NCBI GenBank assembly: GCA_963695095.1
Contig: CAVOFT010000001.1
Coordinates: 896,001 to 960,000 of the forward strand
Length of the DNA: 64,000 bases
Direction of reading: 5' to 3'
Source: an uncultured bacterium
GTDB lineage: Bacteria > Krumholzibacteriota > Krumholzibacteriia > JACNKJ01
The notes under the pieces are model-generated. The model did no database searches and was not told the origin of the DNA. It saw nothing but the letters and a program-made list of their open reading frames with translations. Numbering within the stretch: the stretch's first letter is position 1; every line of letters begins with the position of its first letter. The position numbers and the translations under genes are program-made. Shown piece by piece: positions 10,106 through 21,577 of this stretch.

Positions 10106-10937
10106 TCATTTGAGCACCCCCGGCATGGGGATCACGGAACCCATCACCACCGGCCCCACCGGCACGAAGGGCGGCACGAAGGTGGGGATGGGCCCCATGC
10201 CGAGCACGCCCGTCACCATCGTGCTCGCCTTGAAGGTCTGGAAGACCGTGCCGAAGGCCTTGGCCAGGCACTCGAAGAGCATGGCCGCGTGGGCGGCCTC
10301 GGGGTCACCCAGGTTCCCCTCCATCTGCTTGGCGAGCGCGCTGGGCGAGAGCATGCGATTCGCCGGGCGAGCTGAGCGTGACCAGTGGCACGGGGACGTT
10401 CGGCGTCGGCGGGGCCATCGGCCCCGGGAAGGCGGCGAAGGCCGGGTACATGAGCTGGCCCATGAGCCCGGTCTGCCAGGTCTGCCAGGCCGTGCCGAAA
10501 GCGTTGGCGATGGCGTTCGTGTACTTCATCTCCATCGGGGTGGCCATCGGCGAGCCGGCGAGGATGAGCGGCGCCAGCGGCGGTCCCACCACACCGCCGG
10601 GGGTGAGCATGCCCACGGGGCCGTTGATGATCACGGTCGTGATCATCGTCATCTTCATCCAGTTGTCGATGCCGCCGCAGATGCCCTTGCTGACGCCGTC
10701 GATGTAGGCCTCGAGCAGGTCGGAGATGTCCTTGGCCGCGTCGACGTGGTACTTGTTCAGGCTCACTTCGCGCAGCAGGTTGGTGGGTGCGTTGGGCAGC
10801 GCGATCTGCTCGCTGGGGGCGAAGGCGTCGTCGAACTGGTCGCTGGGCTCCTCGTAGCCCTCCTGCAATTCCTTTTGCTTGGCGGCAAAGAGGGTCTTCG
10901 TCTGCTGGGCCAGGAGGCTGGCTTGCGGCGCGGGCAT
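10106..10937 (-). CDS. Uncharacterised T6SS-associated Pro/Met/Gly-rich protein (frameshift near 10355)
   Basis: ORFs 10305..10937 and 10106..10354 join into one protein (YPAFAAFPGPMAPPTPNVPVPL...GPIPTFVPPFVPVGPVV); lies between PAAR and DUF2169. Confidence 0.7.
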
Positions 10938-10973
10938 CCTTCTCCTTCGCCCTTCCGGCGGCGGCCGGCGGGT

Positions 10974-11291
10974 CTAGCCGACCATCACGTCCGAGCTGCC
11001 CTCGATGAGGGTGCCCACGCCGCCGCAGTGCTTGGCCATGTCGCCCAGCCGATAGGCGCCCATGCCGTTGATCATCACGGTGACGCTGCCCAGCAGGGCC
11101 TCCCAGGTGTTCGGCCCGCAGCAGGCGGTGTGGATGCCCTGGTCGCCCACGCGCAGGGCGGGCCGGCCGTTGACGAGCACGTCCGGCGAGCCGCAGACGG
11201 CCGGGCCGATGACCGGATGCGGACAGGCCGGGCAGCCGTGCACATCGATCGGCGCCATCGAGCGGTCGCCGAGGCGGCCTTGAGGGGGCAT
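10974..11291 (-). CDS. PAAR-domain spike tip protein
   Basis: MPPQGRLGD...HGCPACPHPVIGP...GSPDVLVNGRPALRVGD...GAYRLGD...HCGG...LIEGSSDVMVG; start at ATG 11291 after GGAGG. Confidence 0.92.
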   Translation of the reverse strand: MPPQGRLGDRSMAPIDVHGCPACPHPVIGPAVCGSPDVLVNGRPALRVGDQGIHTACCGPNTWEALLGSVTVMINGMGAYRLGDMAKHCGGVGTLIEGSSDVMVG

Positions 11292-11433
11292 AGGAACCTC
11301 CGCGGGCGGGGCAGCCGGCGCCCTCGCCGGCCCGGACAGCCTAGCACAGCCGCCGCCGGGAACGCCAGCGGTGGCAGCAGCTAAGCGCGAGGAAGCAAAG
11401 CAGATGCCCGGCTCGGCAAAGCCGCCTTGTCGC

Positions 11434-11462
11434 TTGACTCCCCGCGGTCTCGGTTCTAGGGT
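11434..11462 (+). promoter_or_regulatory. Putative sigma70 promoter
   Basis: TTGACT-17 bp-TAGGGT upstream of the gene at 11535. Confidence 0.5.
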
Positions 11463-11534
11463 GGTGGGGCGCGCGCACCCGATGCGCGGCGCCAGCGGCT
11501 CGGTCACGAGCCCGACCCTCGGGGAGGAGCGGAC

Positions 11535-14500
11535 ATGCACGAAGTGATGCAGCGCCTGGCCGTCGCCGGTCTGGCGGCCCTCGTCGTCGCGAGCCTGGCC
11601 CCGGGCCTCTGCGCCCAGCCGGAGTACCTCAGCGACCCCTCGCAGTTCATTTATCAGGCGGCGGTCGTCGATTTCGAGACCTTTCCCGACGGCAACACGG
11701 TGCCCTATTCCGACCCCAGCTTGACCGACCAGTGGAGCCAGGTGGGCTTCCTGATCGCCGACAGCTCGCCGAGCACCGGCGCCATGGCGATCAGCAACAC
11801 GTCGGCGCGATCTTCCCGCACAGCGGCACGCGCGGCCTGACCGACGGCCCCAGCAACCTGGGCGGCTTCCATCCGCTTCGACTTCGTGGACCAGCGCACG
11901 GGCCAGCCCACCGTGGTCTGGGAGACCGGCATCTGGGTGCAGAACGGCGACGCGGCCTCGACCGTGGCCTTCTACGACGGGAGCGGCGGCACGCTGGGCA
12001 GCTTCACCACCGCCGGCGCCGACGACTTCATCGGTCTGCGCGACCGCGAGGGCATCGCCGCCATCGAGATCAGCGACGGCGGCCAGTACATGGTGGACGA
12101 CCTCACCTTCTCACCCCGCTTCGCCGACGACAAGCTCTGGTCGCCGTTCAGCGCGGCCCAAGGCCTAAGCTCTTTCGTGCGCGAGTTGGAGGTCTATGAA
12201 GACCAGCTCTTCGTGGGCGGGGCATTTGCGAGCGCTGGCGGGGTAGCCGGCACAGCCCGTCTTGCTAGCTGGAACGGCGGATCCTGGAGCGGGCTGGGCA
12301 CCCAGCCCGACAACACGGTCTGGGCGATGACCGTCTGGGACGGCAAGCTCGTGGTCGGCGGCGAGTTCTCCAACTTGGGCAGCCGCGTCGCCGCCTGGAA
12401 CGGCACGGGTTGGGAGACCCTTGGCGCTGGTTTCAATGGCGTGGTCTACGATCTGCTCGTTTGGAACGACCAGCTCTACGCCTGCGGTGCATTCACGCTG
12501 TCGGGCGGCGCCGACGTGCGCTATGTAGGCCGCTGGAACGGTTCGGCCTGGGAGGGCCTGGGCACGCAGATTCCGACCGCTGTCTACGCCTTCGCAATGG
12601 CGGTGTATGAGAACCAGCTCATCGTCTGCGGCTTCCTCCCCTCGGCGCCCTTCGACCGCGACCTTGTCGCCTGGGATGGGAGCGCCTGGACGACCTTCCA
12701 GGGAGGGGGCAACGGCGAGATCGATGCCGTCTGCGTGTGGAACGGCGACCTCTATGTCGGCGGTGTTTTTTCTGAGATCGGCAATCCGCCGGTGGCTGCG
12801 CAGGGCATCGCGCGCTGGGACGGCGAGACCTGGGCACAGGTCGGCGAGAGCCTCGGCGGCAACTATGTCATGAAGCTCCAACCCTATGACGGCGCCCTGC
12901 TCGCCGTGGGTCGCTTCAGCGGTCCGACTGTCGATCCCTTCGGCGAGATCAACGGCATCGGGCTCTGGGATGGCGTCAGCGGTGCCTGGCGCCCCCTGGG
13001 CAGTGGATCCCCTTCAACCAAGACATCTGGGATGCACAGGCGTATCAGGGCGCCCTCTACGTGGGCGGCGAGTTCAACACCATCGGCGGCCAGTCCGACG
13101 TCGGCTACCTGGCGCGCTGGGACGGCCCGGTGGAGTTCCCGGTGGTGACGCTGCCCACTGCCGTGGCGCCGGTCGGACAGCCCTTCACCTTCCGAGTGAA
13201 CGCCAGCGACAACTACGATGTGCAGTCGGTCACCCTGCACTACCGCCGCGGCGGCCAGCCCAACTTCAGCGCGGTCGACTTGGCGCCGGAGGCCGGGCGG
13301 GACGGCACCTACAGCGCCCAGCTCGCGCCCGCGCTGATCACCACGAGCGGCCTGGAGTACTTCGTGGAAGTCTCCGACGGCGCCTTCACCACCGTGGCGC
13401 CGGCCACGGCGCCGGTGATTCCGGGCTTCCTCGCCACCAGCTTCAGCGCCAGCCTGGCCGCGCCGACGGCGAACGAGTACGTGCTGTTCGGCTTTCCCTT
13501 CCGGCCGACGGGCAGCCCGGCCCAGGTCATCGAGGACGACCTGGGCGCCTACAATCCCGCCAGCTGGCGCCTGGGCCGCTATCAGCCGACAGGCACCAGC
13601 ACCGGCAGCTATCGCGAGTACCCGAACGTCGGCGCCTACCCGAATCCCGACGGCAGCTTCCAGCCCGGAAACGGCTACTGGCTGATCCAGAAGGAGCCCA
13701 AGGTCGTGGATGCCGGCGCGACGGCCACGAGCACCGCCGCCGGCGTCACGCTGCGCCTGACCTCGGGCTGGTCGATGATCGCGACGCCCTACATGTTCCC
13801 GGTGCGCTGGAGCGACGTCGGCCTCGATCCCGGCATCGAGAACCAGCTCTGGGGCCTGGTGGCCGGCAGCGCGCCCGACTACGCCTATCAACTGCGGACG
13901 CGCATGGAGCCCTGGCAGGCCTACTGGGTGCACAACGCCTCGGCTTCGCCCCAGTTCATCAACATCCCCGGCATCGACGCGACGGCCTTCGCGGCCCGGC
14001 CGGCGCCGGCGCCCGACCACGTCTGGGCCCTGCGCCTGCGGCCCGCGGGCAGCGAGGGCCACGGCGCCCTCGCCGCGGTGAACGCGCAGGGTAGCAGCGG
14101 GCTGGACGCCTTCGATGCGCACTGCCCGCCGGCGATGCCCGGCGCTCCCTCGCTCTCCTTCCTGCTGGAAGCGGACGGCGAGGAGCAGGAGCTGGCGATC
14201 GACACGCGCGGCGACTTCACGGCCACGGGCGGCGCCCTGTGGACGCTGGGCGTCAGCGGCCGCGCGGGCGGCGAGCATCTCGTGCTGGCCGTCGAGGGCC
14301 TCGAGTCGCTGCCGCCGGAGCTGGCGGCTCAGCTCATCGGCCCCAGCGGTCTGCGCGTGGACCTGCGCGCCACGCCCGCGCCGCGCCTGCCGCTCGATGC
14401 GGCGGGCCGCACGCGGGTAACCCTGGCCGTGGGTACGGCGGCCTTCGTCGAGCAGGCCGCCGACGATCAGGCGGCGGCCGCGACGGGCACCCACCTGGCG

Positions 14501-14761
14501 GCCAACTACCCGAATCCCTTCAATCCCAAGACCACCCTGCCCTTCAGCCTGGCGGCGCCGGCCGCGGTGCGCCTGGCGATCTACGACGTCACGGGTCGCC
14601 TGCAGCGCACCCTGGTGGATGGGCTGCTGCCGGCCGGCGAGCACTGGGTGAACTGGGACGGCCGCGACGAGGCGGGGAGCGAGCTGGCCAGCGGCGTCTA
14701 CTTCAGCCGCTTCGAGGCGGGCGCCGTGAGCGAGGTGCGCAAGCTGCTCTTGCTGCGATAG
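11535..14761 (+). CDS. Large secreted protein: beta-propeller-like WDG/WNG repeats plus C-terminal FlgD-Ig/T9SS type-A-like sorting domain (frameshifts near 11805 and 13030)
   Basis: Signal peptide; repeats LYVGGxF...IARWDG; C-term NYPNPFNPKTTLPFSL...IYDVTGR...WDGRDEAG...SGVYF...KLLLLR. Confidence 0.8.
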
Positions 14762-14957
14762 GGCTATCCGGCCGCGCAGTCTGATTCCGAGTCCCGCTGG
14801 GGCTTGCCTGAACGGCTAGAGGTGATCGTCATTCCAAGCTGACACACGGCATCTCTGCAGAATACTCGAGTCAGCGGCTTGACAGTGCCGCAGGTCGCAT
14901 CCAACACCATGTTTGGCACGGCAAGATCAGATCTGCCGCCAACAGGGGAGGGGATGG

Positions 14958-15170
14958 ATGTGCCGGCCCTTCGCAATCCTAGTCCTCATGGCCCTCATAT
15001 TGATCCAAGCGTCACCCGCCCATGCGCTCCTGGACTGCGGGTACGCCGAAGGAGACAGCCTCAACGTCGACGAAGAGCTCCTGCGGCAGCCGCCCTATCA
15101 CACCGTCAACCCGGAGCTCCTCTCAACGAACCCACGCTTCGCGAACACGTTCTTCATCTGGACGAGCTGA
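14958..15170 (+). CDS. Small secreted protein or truncated remnant
   Basis: RBS GGGGAG; signal peptide ending ASPAHA; only 70 aa; lower GC than flanks. Confidence 0.4.
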   Translation: MCRPFAILVLMALILIQASPAHALLDCGYAEGDSLNVDEELLRQPPYHTVNPELLSTNPRFANTFFIWTS

Positions 15171-15232
15171 TTGCAGGAGTGCGCCTCTTGTACGATGACT
15201 AGATTGCCATGAGCATCGAGAGGCTGGCGACT

Positions 15233-15883
15233 ATGACGAGATTCCAGGCAACCACCAATTCACTCTTGCTTCTTCTGTGGCTCATTCCCGGAGCCAGTCT
15301 GGGTGCCGTGTACCAGAGTTTCGCGCATTACGATGAGGACGAGTTGCCAGGAGCGGCCCTGCCGAGCAGCACATCATCCGTCTACGGTGTGTTTTTCTAC
15401 CCGACCCTCGACATCCACCCCATCTTCACAATCGAGCGCTTCCGTTTCTGGCATCGCGAGCAGAACGACATTCCCGACCCCTATCGGCTCCACATCGTGG
15501 TAAGAAACACGAGTTCGGGCGACATCTTCGAGCTCGGCACCATCGAGGGTCTGATGACGACTTGCACGAACTGCTGGGAGGAGGTGGCAGTCGAGCGCTC
15601 ATTCTGGGATAGCTCAACGCCCTCATGGTCCTATGGAGTCTTCGTGCAACCCCAAGGGCAGGGAGGACCGGTCTATGCTGAGCCAGGAGTGCGCCGCGAC
15701 TTCAGCGTCTCCGCGCCTCTGGTCAACCTAATGGCGGACTATAACACCTGGTCGGGCTTTCACAATCTCGAGTACATGGAGGACTACTACGGCGGCGACT
15801 TCTTCATGGCGGTCATCGTCCGCTACGACGTGACCACCGCCACCGTCGCCTCCTCGATGTCCGCCATCAAGGCGCTCTACTAG
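15233..15883 (+). CDS. Secreted protein with C-terminal SSMSAIKALY tail
   Basis: Signal peptide LLLLLWLIPGASLG; aromatic beta-rich body; alternative start at 15209; lower GC. Confidence 0.7.
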   Translation: MTRFQATTNSLLLLLWLIPGASLGAVYQSFAHYDEDELPGAALPSSTSSVYGVFFYPTLDIHPIFTIERFRFWHREQNDIPDPYRLHIVVRNTSSGDIFELGTIEGLMTTCTNCWEEVAVERSFWDSSTPSWSYGVFVQPQGQGGPVYAEPGVRRDFSVSAPLVNLMADYNTWSGFHNLEYMEDYYGGDFFMAVIVRYDVTTATVASSMSAIKALY

Positions 15884-15912
15884 CCGCCTCAAGCCAGCTC
15901 CATGGCGGCGGC

Positions 15913-18900
15913 TCAGGGACTCAAGCGCGCCGGGCAGCGGTACTCGAAGAAGCCCGCGGCGAAGGGGTGCACCGCGCTCGCCGCCCGCAGCTCGTAGGGC
16001 ACGGCCACGCGGCAGTCGCCGCTCTTCTCCAGCGTCCAGGTCACCTTGAGCCGGCGCCCGTCGATGGACTCCAGGCGCGCGCGCTCGAGCAGGCGAAAGA
16101 GGCCCCAGGGACTGCCCTCGGCGCTCAGCGGCTCGGGCCCGGCCTTGGTGCAGCGCAGGGCCAGGCTGGCCTCGCGCCGCTCGCCCTCGCCGGGCCAGGT
16201 GAATTCGCGCGGCTGCGGGTGGCCCATCTCATAGAGCAGGCGGTTGTTGTCCAGGGTGAGGCGCGTGGCCTCGACCACCGGATCGCGGCCGGAGACGAGC
16301 TGCGGGCGGCCGGGCACCATCTCGAAGCGCAGGGAGAGCTTGTCGCCGCCGTCGCGGAAGAAGATGTCCCGATAGCGCTGGGCGCGCTCCAGGGCCGCCT
16401 TGGCCTCGGCGCCCAGCTCGAGCCCGAGGCCGTGCCGCAGCACCGGCTCCCCGTTGGCGCCGAGATAGGCGGCCAGCTCCTGGCGCGCGAACTCGGCGAG
16501 GACGCCGCGGGGGCCGAAGAAGTTGCTGAAGTCATCGAGGCTGGCATCCGGCCCGCTGGAGTAGAAGGGATAGCGGCGGTCCAGGGTCTGGCTGAAGGGA
16601 TCGAAGACCCGCGCCTTCCAGGCGGCATCGAGGTGTCGCGCGCTCTCGGCCAGGCAGGCGCGCCAGGCGCCCTGCGCCGGCCGCTTGAGGAACTCGCCCA
16701 GCGCATCGTTGCAGGCGGGCAGGCCGCCGCCCCCGGCGCGGTTGACCTGGCGCCGCGCCCGCTGCATCGACTTGCCCACGGCGCTCTCGTCCTGGCCGGG
16801 CGCGAGGGCCTGCATCAGCTCGCGCGTGAAGTCCGCGGCGGCGGCGGCGGGGTTCTCGGCGTCGCGCAGGTGCTCCAGCTCGCCGCTGAGCGCCTTGTAG
16901 TCGGCCAGGAACAGCTCGACCGGCTTGCCCTCCTCGTCGCCGTCCTTGGTCTTCTCGAAGAGCGCGTGCAGGGAGGCCCAGGCCGTCTCGATGCGGTCCA
17001 GGCCGCCGGCCTGGCCGAGCTGATCGTCGCGCAGGCGGAGCTGCTCGGCGGCGCTCTCGAGCAGGCGGCGGAAGGGCGAGTCCTTGTCGCCCAGGCGGTT
17101 GAGCTGGGCGGAGGCGGCCTGGAGACCGCTCGCGCGCGCCACGTCCACGCCGCGGAAGTAGGCGACCCAGGCGGCGATGTAGTCGTCCACGTAGAGCTTG
17201 AGCAGCAGGGACTGGATCGAGGCCTGCCGCTCGCCGAAGGCCTCGCGCAGCAGCCAGTCGTCGGCGAGCTGCTGGTCGCTGGCCTGGATGCGGCCCTTGA
17301 TCACCTCGCGCCAGCCGGCCAGCGTGAAGGCGCCGGGCACCTCGTCGCTGCCGCCGGTGGCCAGCGCGCCGCATCCGCGCCGAAGAGCTCGGCGCCGCCC
17401 GGCAGGCTGCTCGCGCGGAAGGCGGGCACCTTCTCGTTCGCGGCGTCGACCATCAGCGCGTAGAAGCGGTCCGGCTGCCAGAAGTCGCGGATGTAGGCGT
17501 TGGCCCGCTCGACGAGGCGGCGATCGGCGCCGGGCAGCGTGGCGCTGCGCGCCTCCAGGTCGCCGGGGTGCTGCCAGGCGTAGCGCAGGTGGTCGGCGAT
17601 CAGCTCGCGCGTGCGCTCGGAGGCCATCCCGTCGCCGCCCCAGAGCGCCTGCAGGGTGGGCACGAGCAGATCGGGATCGCCCTGCTCCGGATCGATGAGC
17701 ATGCGGTAGGCGCGATAGCCATTGTCGAAGGCCCGGTAGTCCTCGCTGCTCGTGGGGTACTCGCCCTGCAGGCGGGCCACGAAGCGCGCCGCGCTGGGCG
17801 CGAGCAGGGCCGCGTAGAGGCGGTCCACGTAGATCTCGCGGGCGCGGGTGTTGATCACCTGGCCGCGATAGAGGCCGAGGCCGAGGGCCGGCGAGCGGCG
17901 GCGGTCGCTGCCGTCCAGGCGCTGGAGCTGCTCGCGCAGGGGCTCCAGTCGGCCCAGCGCCTGCTCGAGCTCGGAGGCGTTCGGGCTCGCGCTGACGGCG
18001 AGCTGGCGCGCGCCTTCGGCCAGGGCCGTCGTGCGCGAGATGAGGGCGAGGTTGCGCCCGAAGGAGACGATCAGGAGCAGGCCGACGAGGCCCAGCAGCG
18101 CGAAGCCCAGGCTGCGCAGGCCGAGCCGGCGCACGCGCAGGCGCGACGCCAGACGCCGCGTGGGGCGAGCGAGCCGGAAGTCCGGCACCAGCACGCGCAG
18201 GAAGAAGGACCTGATGAAGTAGGCGCGACTCCGCGGCAGGGCGCCGCTGGCGTGGGGCGCGCTCGCCTGGCCGCCCAGGCCCACGACGCGGCTCACCTCG
18301 TTCAACACGGTCTGGCGGCTGGGTCCGGCCTGTGCCGCGCTGGTCAGGTAGAAGCCGCGCAGCAGGGGCCGCCGCCCGTAGGGGTCCGGCGCGCAGAGGG
18401 CGTCGACGAAAGTGCCCAGCCGCTCGCGCAGGGCGCGCAGCTCCAGCGGGAACAGGTAGATGTCGCTGCGCCGCTCGAGGCTGGCCTCGCGCGTGAGGCG
18501 GCCGACGCGCCGCTCGCAGAGCAGCGCGTAGAGCGCGTCGAACTCGGCGATGACCTGGGCGCTGGTCGCCGTGCTCTCGCGGCCGCCGAGGGGCAGCGTG
18601 GCGCCCCAGACCTGGCCCGCGCCGGCGGCGTCGAGGTCCTCGAAGCTGGCGGCGAAGCCATGCAGCTGGTCTGCCCGCGTCAGCACCAGGTAGACGGGGC
18701 ACTCGATCTGCAGCTGCTCGCCCAGCGCGTCCAGGCGCCGGCGCAGGACGGCGGCCTGGGCCGCGAGTTCGGCCGGCGGCAGCTCACGCAGGGCGTCCAC
18801 GGCGAGGGTGACGAGCACGCCCTGCAGCGCCACCTCGGGCCGCACCTTGCGCAGCGAGTCCAGGAAGGCGCGCCAGTCGCGCTCGGCGACCGCCGGCGCC

Positions 18901-19448
18901 GCCTCGAGGAAGTCCGCCTTCGCCTCGAGCAGCAGGCCCTGGCTGGTGAACCACCAGTCGCAGTAGCGCGAAGCGCCGATGCCCTTGAGCTCGCCCGCCT
19001 GCTGGCCGGGGAGCTGCAGGCCCGACTGCTGGATCAGCGCGCTGCGGCCCGTCCCCAGGCGCCCCAGGACCAGGTACCAGGGCAGGGCGCGCAGGGCGCG
19101 CTTGCCGCCGCCGGCCATCGGCGTGCGCTTGAGCGCTTCGAGGGCTTCGAGCAACTCGCGCCGCGCCGACTCGCGGCGTTGCTTCTCCTCGTCAGAGGCC
19201 GCGGCGGCGTGGCTGTCCGCCTCGATCACCAGGGACTTCTCGAGCTGGGCGCCGGCCTTGCGCTTGCGCAGCAGGCTGATCACCACCTGCGCGATGATGA
19301 ACAGCAGGGCGATGCCGATGAGGATGAACAGCTGCTGCCGCCGCGTGAGGCCGAAGCGATTGGCGAGCGTGTAGAGCGCCAGCAGCAAGAGCACGCAGAG
19401 AAAGCCGATCAGGACGCGCGGGCTCTTCAGCATGGAGAGGAATTGCAT
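15913..19448 (-). CDS. tssM: T6SS membrane subunit TssM/IcmF (frameshift near 17370)
   Basis: N-terminal TM helices, LPWYLVLG, CDWWF, PVYLVLTRADQLHGF, LRGFYLTSA; C-term VPGAFTLAGW, RYPF...DASLDDFSNFFGPRG, PWGLFRLLE. Confidence 0.93.
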
Positions 19449-19496
19449 GACCTACGCCTGTCTCGTGGGTGAGGCCGCCGCGCGGCCGAGGACGGC

Positions 19497-20195
19497 CTAG
19501 TAGCCGGGCAGCGGCAGAAGGCGCAGCGCCGCGCCGACGCTGTGTTCGATCCAGAAGTAGAAGACGATGAACAGCACCAGCAGCACGCCGCCCGCGATGG
19601 CGGCCGCCCGCCAGGGCGCGGCGCCGGCGGTGGCGACGCTCGCCAGGCCGTCGCGCCGGAGGGCGCTGGGCGATAGCGCCGGCTCGGCCCCCGCGCGCGC
19701 ATAGCCCAGCTCGCCGGCCAGGGTGTCGCGCAAGCGCGCCAGCTCGGCCAGGCCGGTGACGCGGTACTGACCCTCGAAGCCCAGCGCCAGGCAGAGGTGG
19801 TAGATCTCGAGCAGCTCGCGCCGGCCCTCGCCCTGCCGGCGCAGCTCGGCCAGGTTCGTGAAGAAGCGCGTGCCCGCCGTGCGCTCGCCGTAGTAGTGGA
19901 GCTGCAGGGGGCGGTCCCGCCAGCGCTCGCGGTGCTGCCACTGCGAGTTGAGGATGGTCTCGTCGATGAAGGCCACGAGCGGGTACTTGGCGGCCTCCAG
20001 CACGTCGCGCGGAATGCGCGCGGCGATGCCCTCGCTCTCGATGCGGCCCAGGTAGTTCTGGATGCGATCGCGCAGGGCCGCCTCGTCGCCGTACTGCGAG
20101 CTCTGGCGCAGGGAGAGGATGAGGGCGAAGAGCTCGCCCGCCAGCTCCCTGGGGCTGCTGGCCTGCTGCTGGTCGCCGGGGGCGTTCGCGTGCAT
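19497..20195 (-). CDS. tssL: T6SS TssL/DotU
   Basis: AKYPLVAFIDETIL, PLQLHYYGE..AG..FF, LEIYHLCLALGFEGQY; C-terminal TM helix. Confidence 0.95.
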   Translation of the reverse strand: MHANAPGDQQQASSPRELAGELFALILSLRQSSQYGDEAALRDRIQNYLGRIESEGIAARIPRDVLEAAKYPLVAFIDETILNSQWQHRERWRDRPLQLHYYGERTAGTRFFTNLAELRRQGEGRRELLEIYHLCLALGFEGQYRVTGLAELARLRDTLAGELGYARAGAEPALSPSALRRDGLASVATAGAAPWRAAAIAGGVLLVLFIVFYFWIEHSVGAALRLLPLPGY

Positions 20196-20207
20196 GGGCG
20201 CTCTCGC

Positions 20208-21560
20208 TTACTTGGTGACGATGAGTTCGTAGCTCATGGCCCTGAGGTCCGGGCTGCCGAGATAGATGGCCACCGACTTGGCCTTGCGCAGGGTCTCCCA
20301 GATGTCGCCCTGGGTGAGCAAGCGGAAGTAGCTGCGCCCGGCCTTGATGGGGAAATCGCGCGGCGGCTGGCTGACGAACTCCAGCCGGATGCCCGGCGTC
20401 GCGGTCTGGACGAGGAAGTCCACGTTGTCCGGCGTGCCGACGATGAGCTGCAGAGGCACGTCCTCGCGCAGGCGCGCCTCGCTGAGTTCGCCGATCAGGG
20501 CGAGGTACCACTGGCAGCTCGCGGCGAAGTGGCGGTCGTCCTTGATCTCCCCGATGAGCAGGCTCTCGTCGCGGGCCTTGAGCGGAATGCCGGTGAAACG
20601 CGTGGGCATCACCTTGCCCATCAGATCGAGGATGAGATCGCTGAGCCCGCGGAAGCAGCCGCCGAGGTCCTCGTGCTGGTAGGCGGGTACTTCGCGCGGA
20701 TGGCGGTCGACGCCGAAGGTGCAGAGCCCGCCGGCCAGGCCGGCCAGGCAGTCGTAGAGCGCGAGCGGGTGGCTCTGGGGCACGCGCTGGAAGTGGAGCA
20801 GGCGGGGCAGGTAGCTGTTCACGGTGTGCAGGAGCCAGAAGATGCCCACGTCCGAACTCGTGAAGTCCACGGACTCCGCGCTGCGGTGGCGGGTCTGTGC
20901 GGCGAGCTGACTGCTCTTGGCGTCCAGCACCTCGGCGATGCTGCGCAGGTAGCCGAGCAGGGGGCCGGCGGCCTCGAGGCTCGTGGCCGGTGGGGCGTAA
21001 TCGGCGCGGATCACCGGCCGGCCGGCCTCGCCGCGCTCGAGCACGGCGAGGGGCAGGGTGACCAGGCCGTCCGTGTTCTCGCCGCCGAAGACGAGGCGCA
21101 GGTTGCGCCGCGCGATGAGCAACTCGGTTTCCTGGCCGGGATCGTTGAGGTCGGGCAGGCGCCGCTCCTCGGCGACGAAGGGGCTGGCCACGCGGCTCTC
21201 GCTGCGGGGACTGCTCACCAGCGGCAGTCCCGGGCGCTCGGCCGGCAGCGCCAGGAAGACGGGCAGCTCGGGGCGCTCGGCGCCGAAGGCCTCGGCGAAG
21301 CTGCGCGGATCGGGGAGCGGGTCCACCTCGGGCGCGCGCAGCAGGCTGCCGTCGGGCAGCACCGCCTCGAGGGCGCGCAGGGCGAAGCGGCCGTTGATCA
21401 GCGCTTCCTCTTCGATCTGCAGGCGGCGCAGTCCCCAGGCGAAGGGCTGGGCCTCGGCCACCCAGCGCAGCTCGCCGTCCGCGTAGCGATCCCGCTGCTG
21501 GAAGTGCTGGGGGCCGAGAAACATGCCCTCGTTCCAGACGATGCGGTTGTACTTGCTCAC
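20208..21560 (-). CDS. tssK: T6SS baseplate subunit TssK
   Basis: IVWNEGMFLGPQHFQQRDRY, HPLALY..L..LAG.LCTF, YQHEDL, PGIRL, YFRL. Confidence 0.96.
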   Translation of the reverse strand: MSKYNRIVWNEGMFLGPQHFQQRDRYADGELRWVAEAQPFAWGLRRLQIEEEALINGRFALRALEAVLPDGSLLRAPEVDPLPDPRSFAEAFGAERPELPVFLALPAERPGLPLVSSPRSESRVASPFVAEERRLPDLNDPGQETELLIARRNLRLVFGGENTDGLVTLPLAVLERGEAGRPVIRADYAPPATSLEAAGPLLGYLRSIAEVLDAKSSQLAAQTRHRSAESVDFTSSDVGIFWLLHTVNSYLPRLLHFQRVPQSHPLALYDCLAGLAGGLCTFGVDRHPREVPAYQHEDLGGCFRGLSDLILDLMGKVMPTRFTGIPLKARDESLLIGEIKDDRHFAASCQWYLALIGELSEARLREDVPLQLIVGTPDNVDFLVQTATPGIRLEFVSQPPRDFPIKAGRSYFRLLTQGDIWETLRKAKSVAIYLGSPDLRAMSYELIVTK

Positions 21561-21577
21561 GCGGCGCTCCTTCTCGA

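Noticed and set aside
14912..14930. Sigma54 promoter (TTGGCACG)
   Set aside because: The -12 TTGC element is absent at the required spacing.
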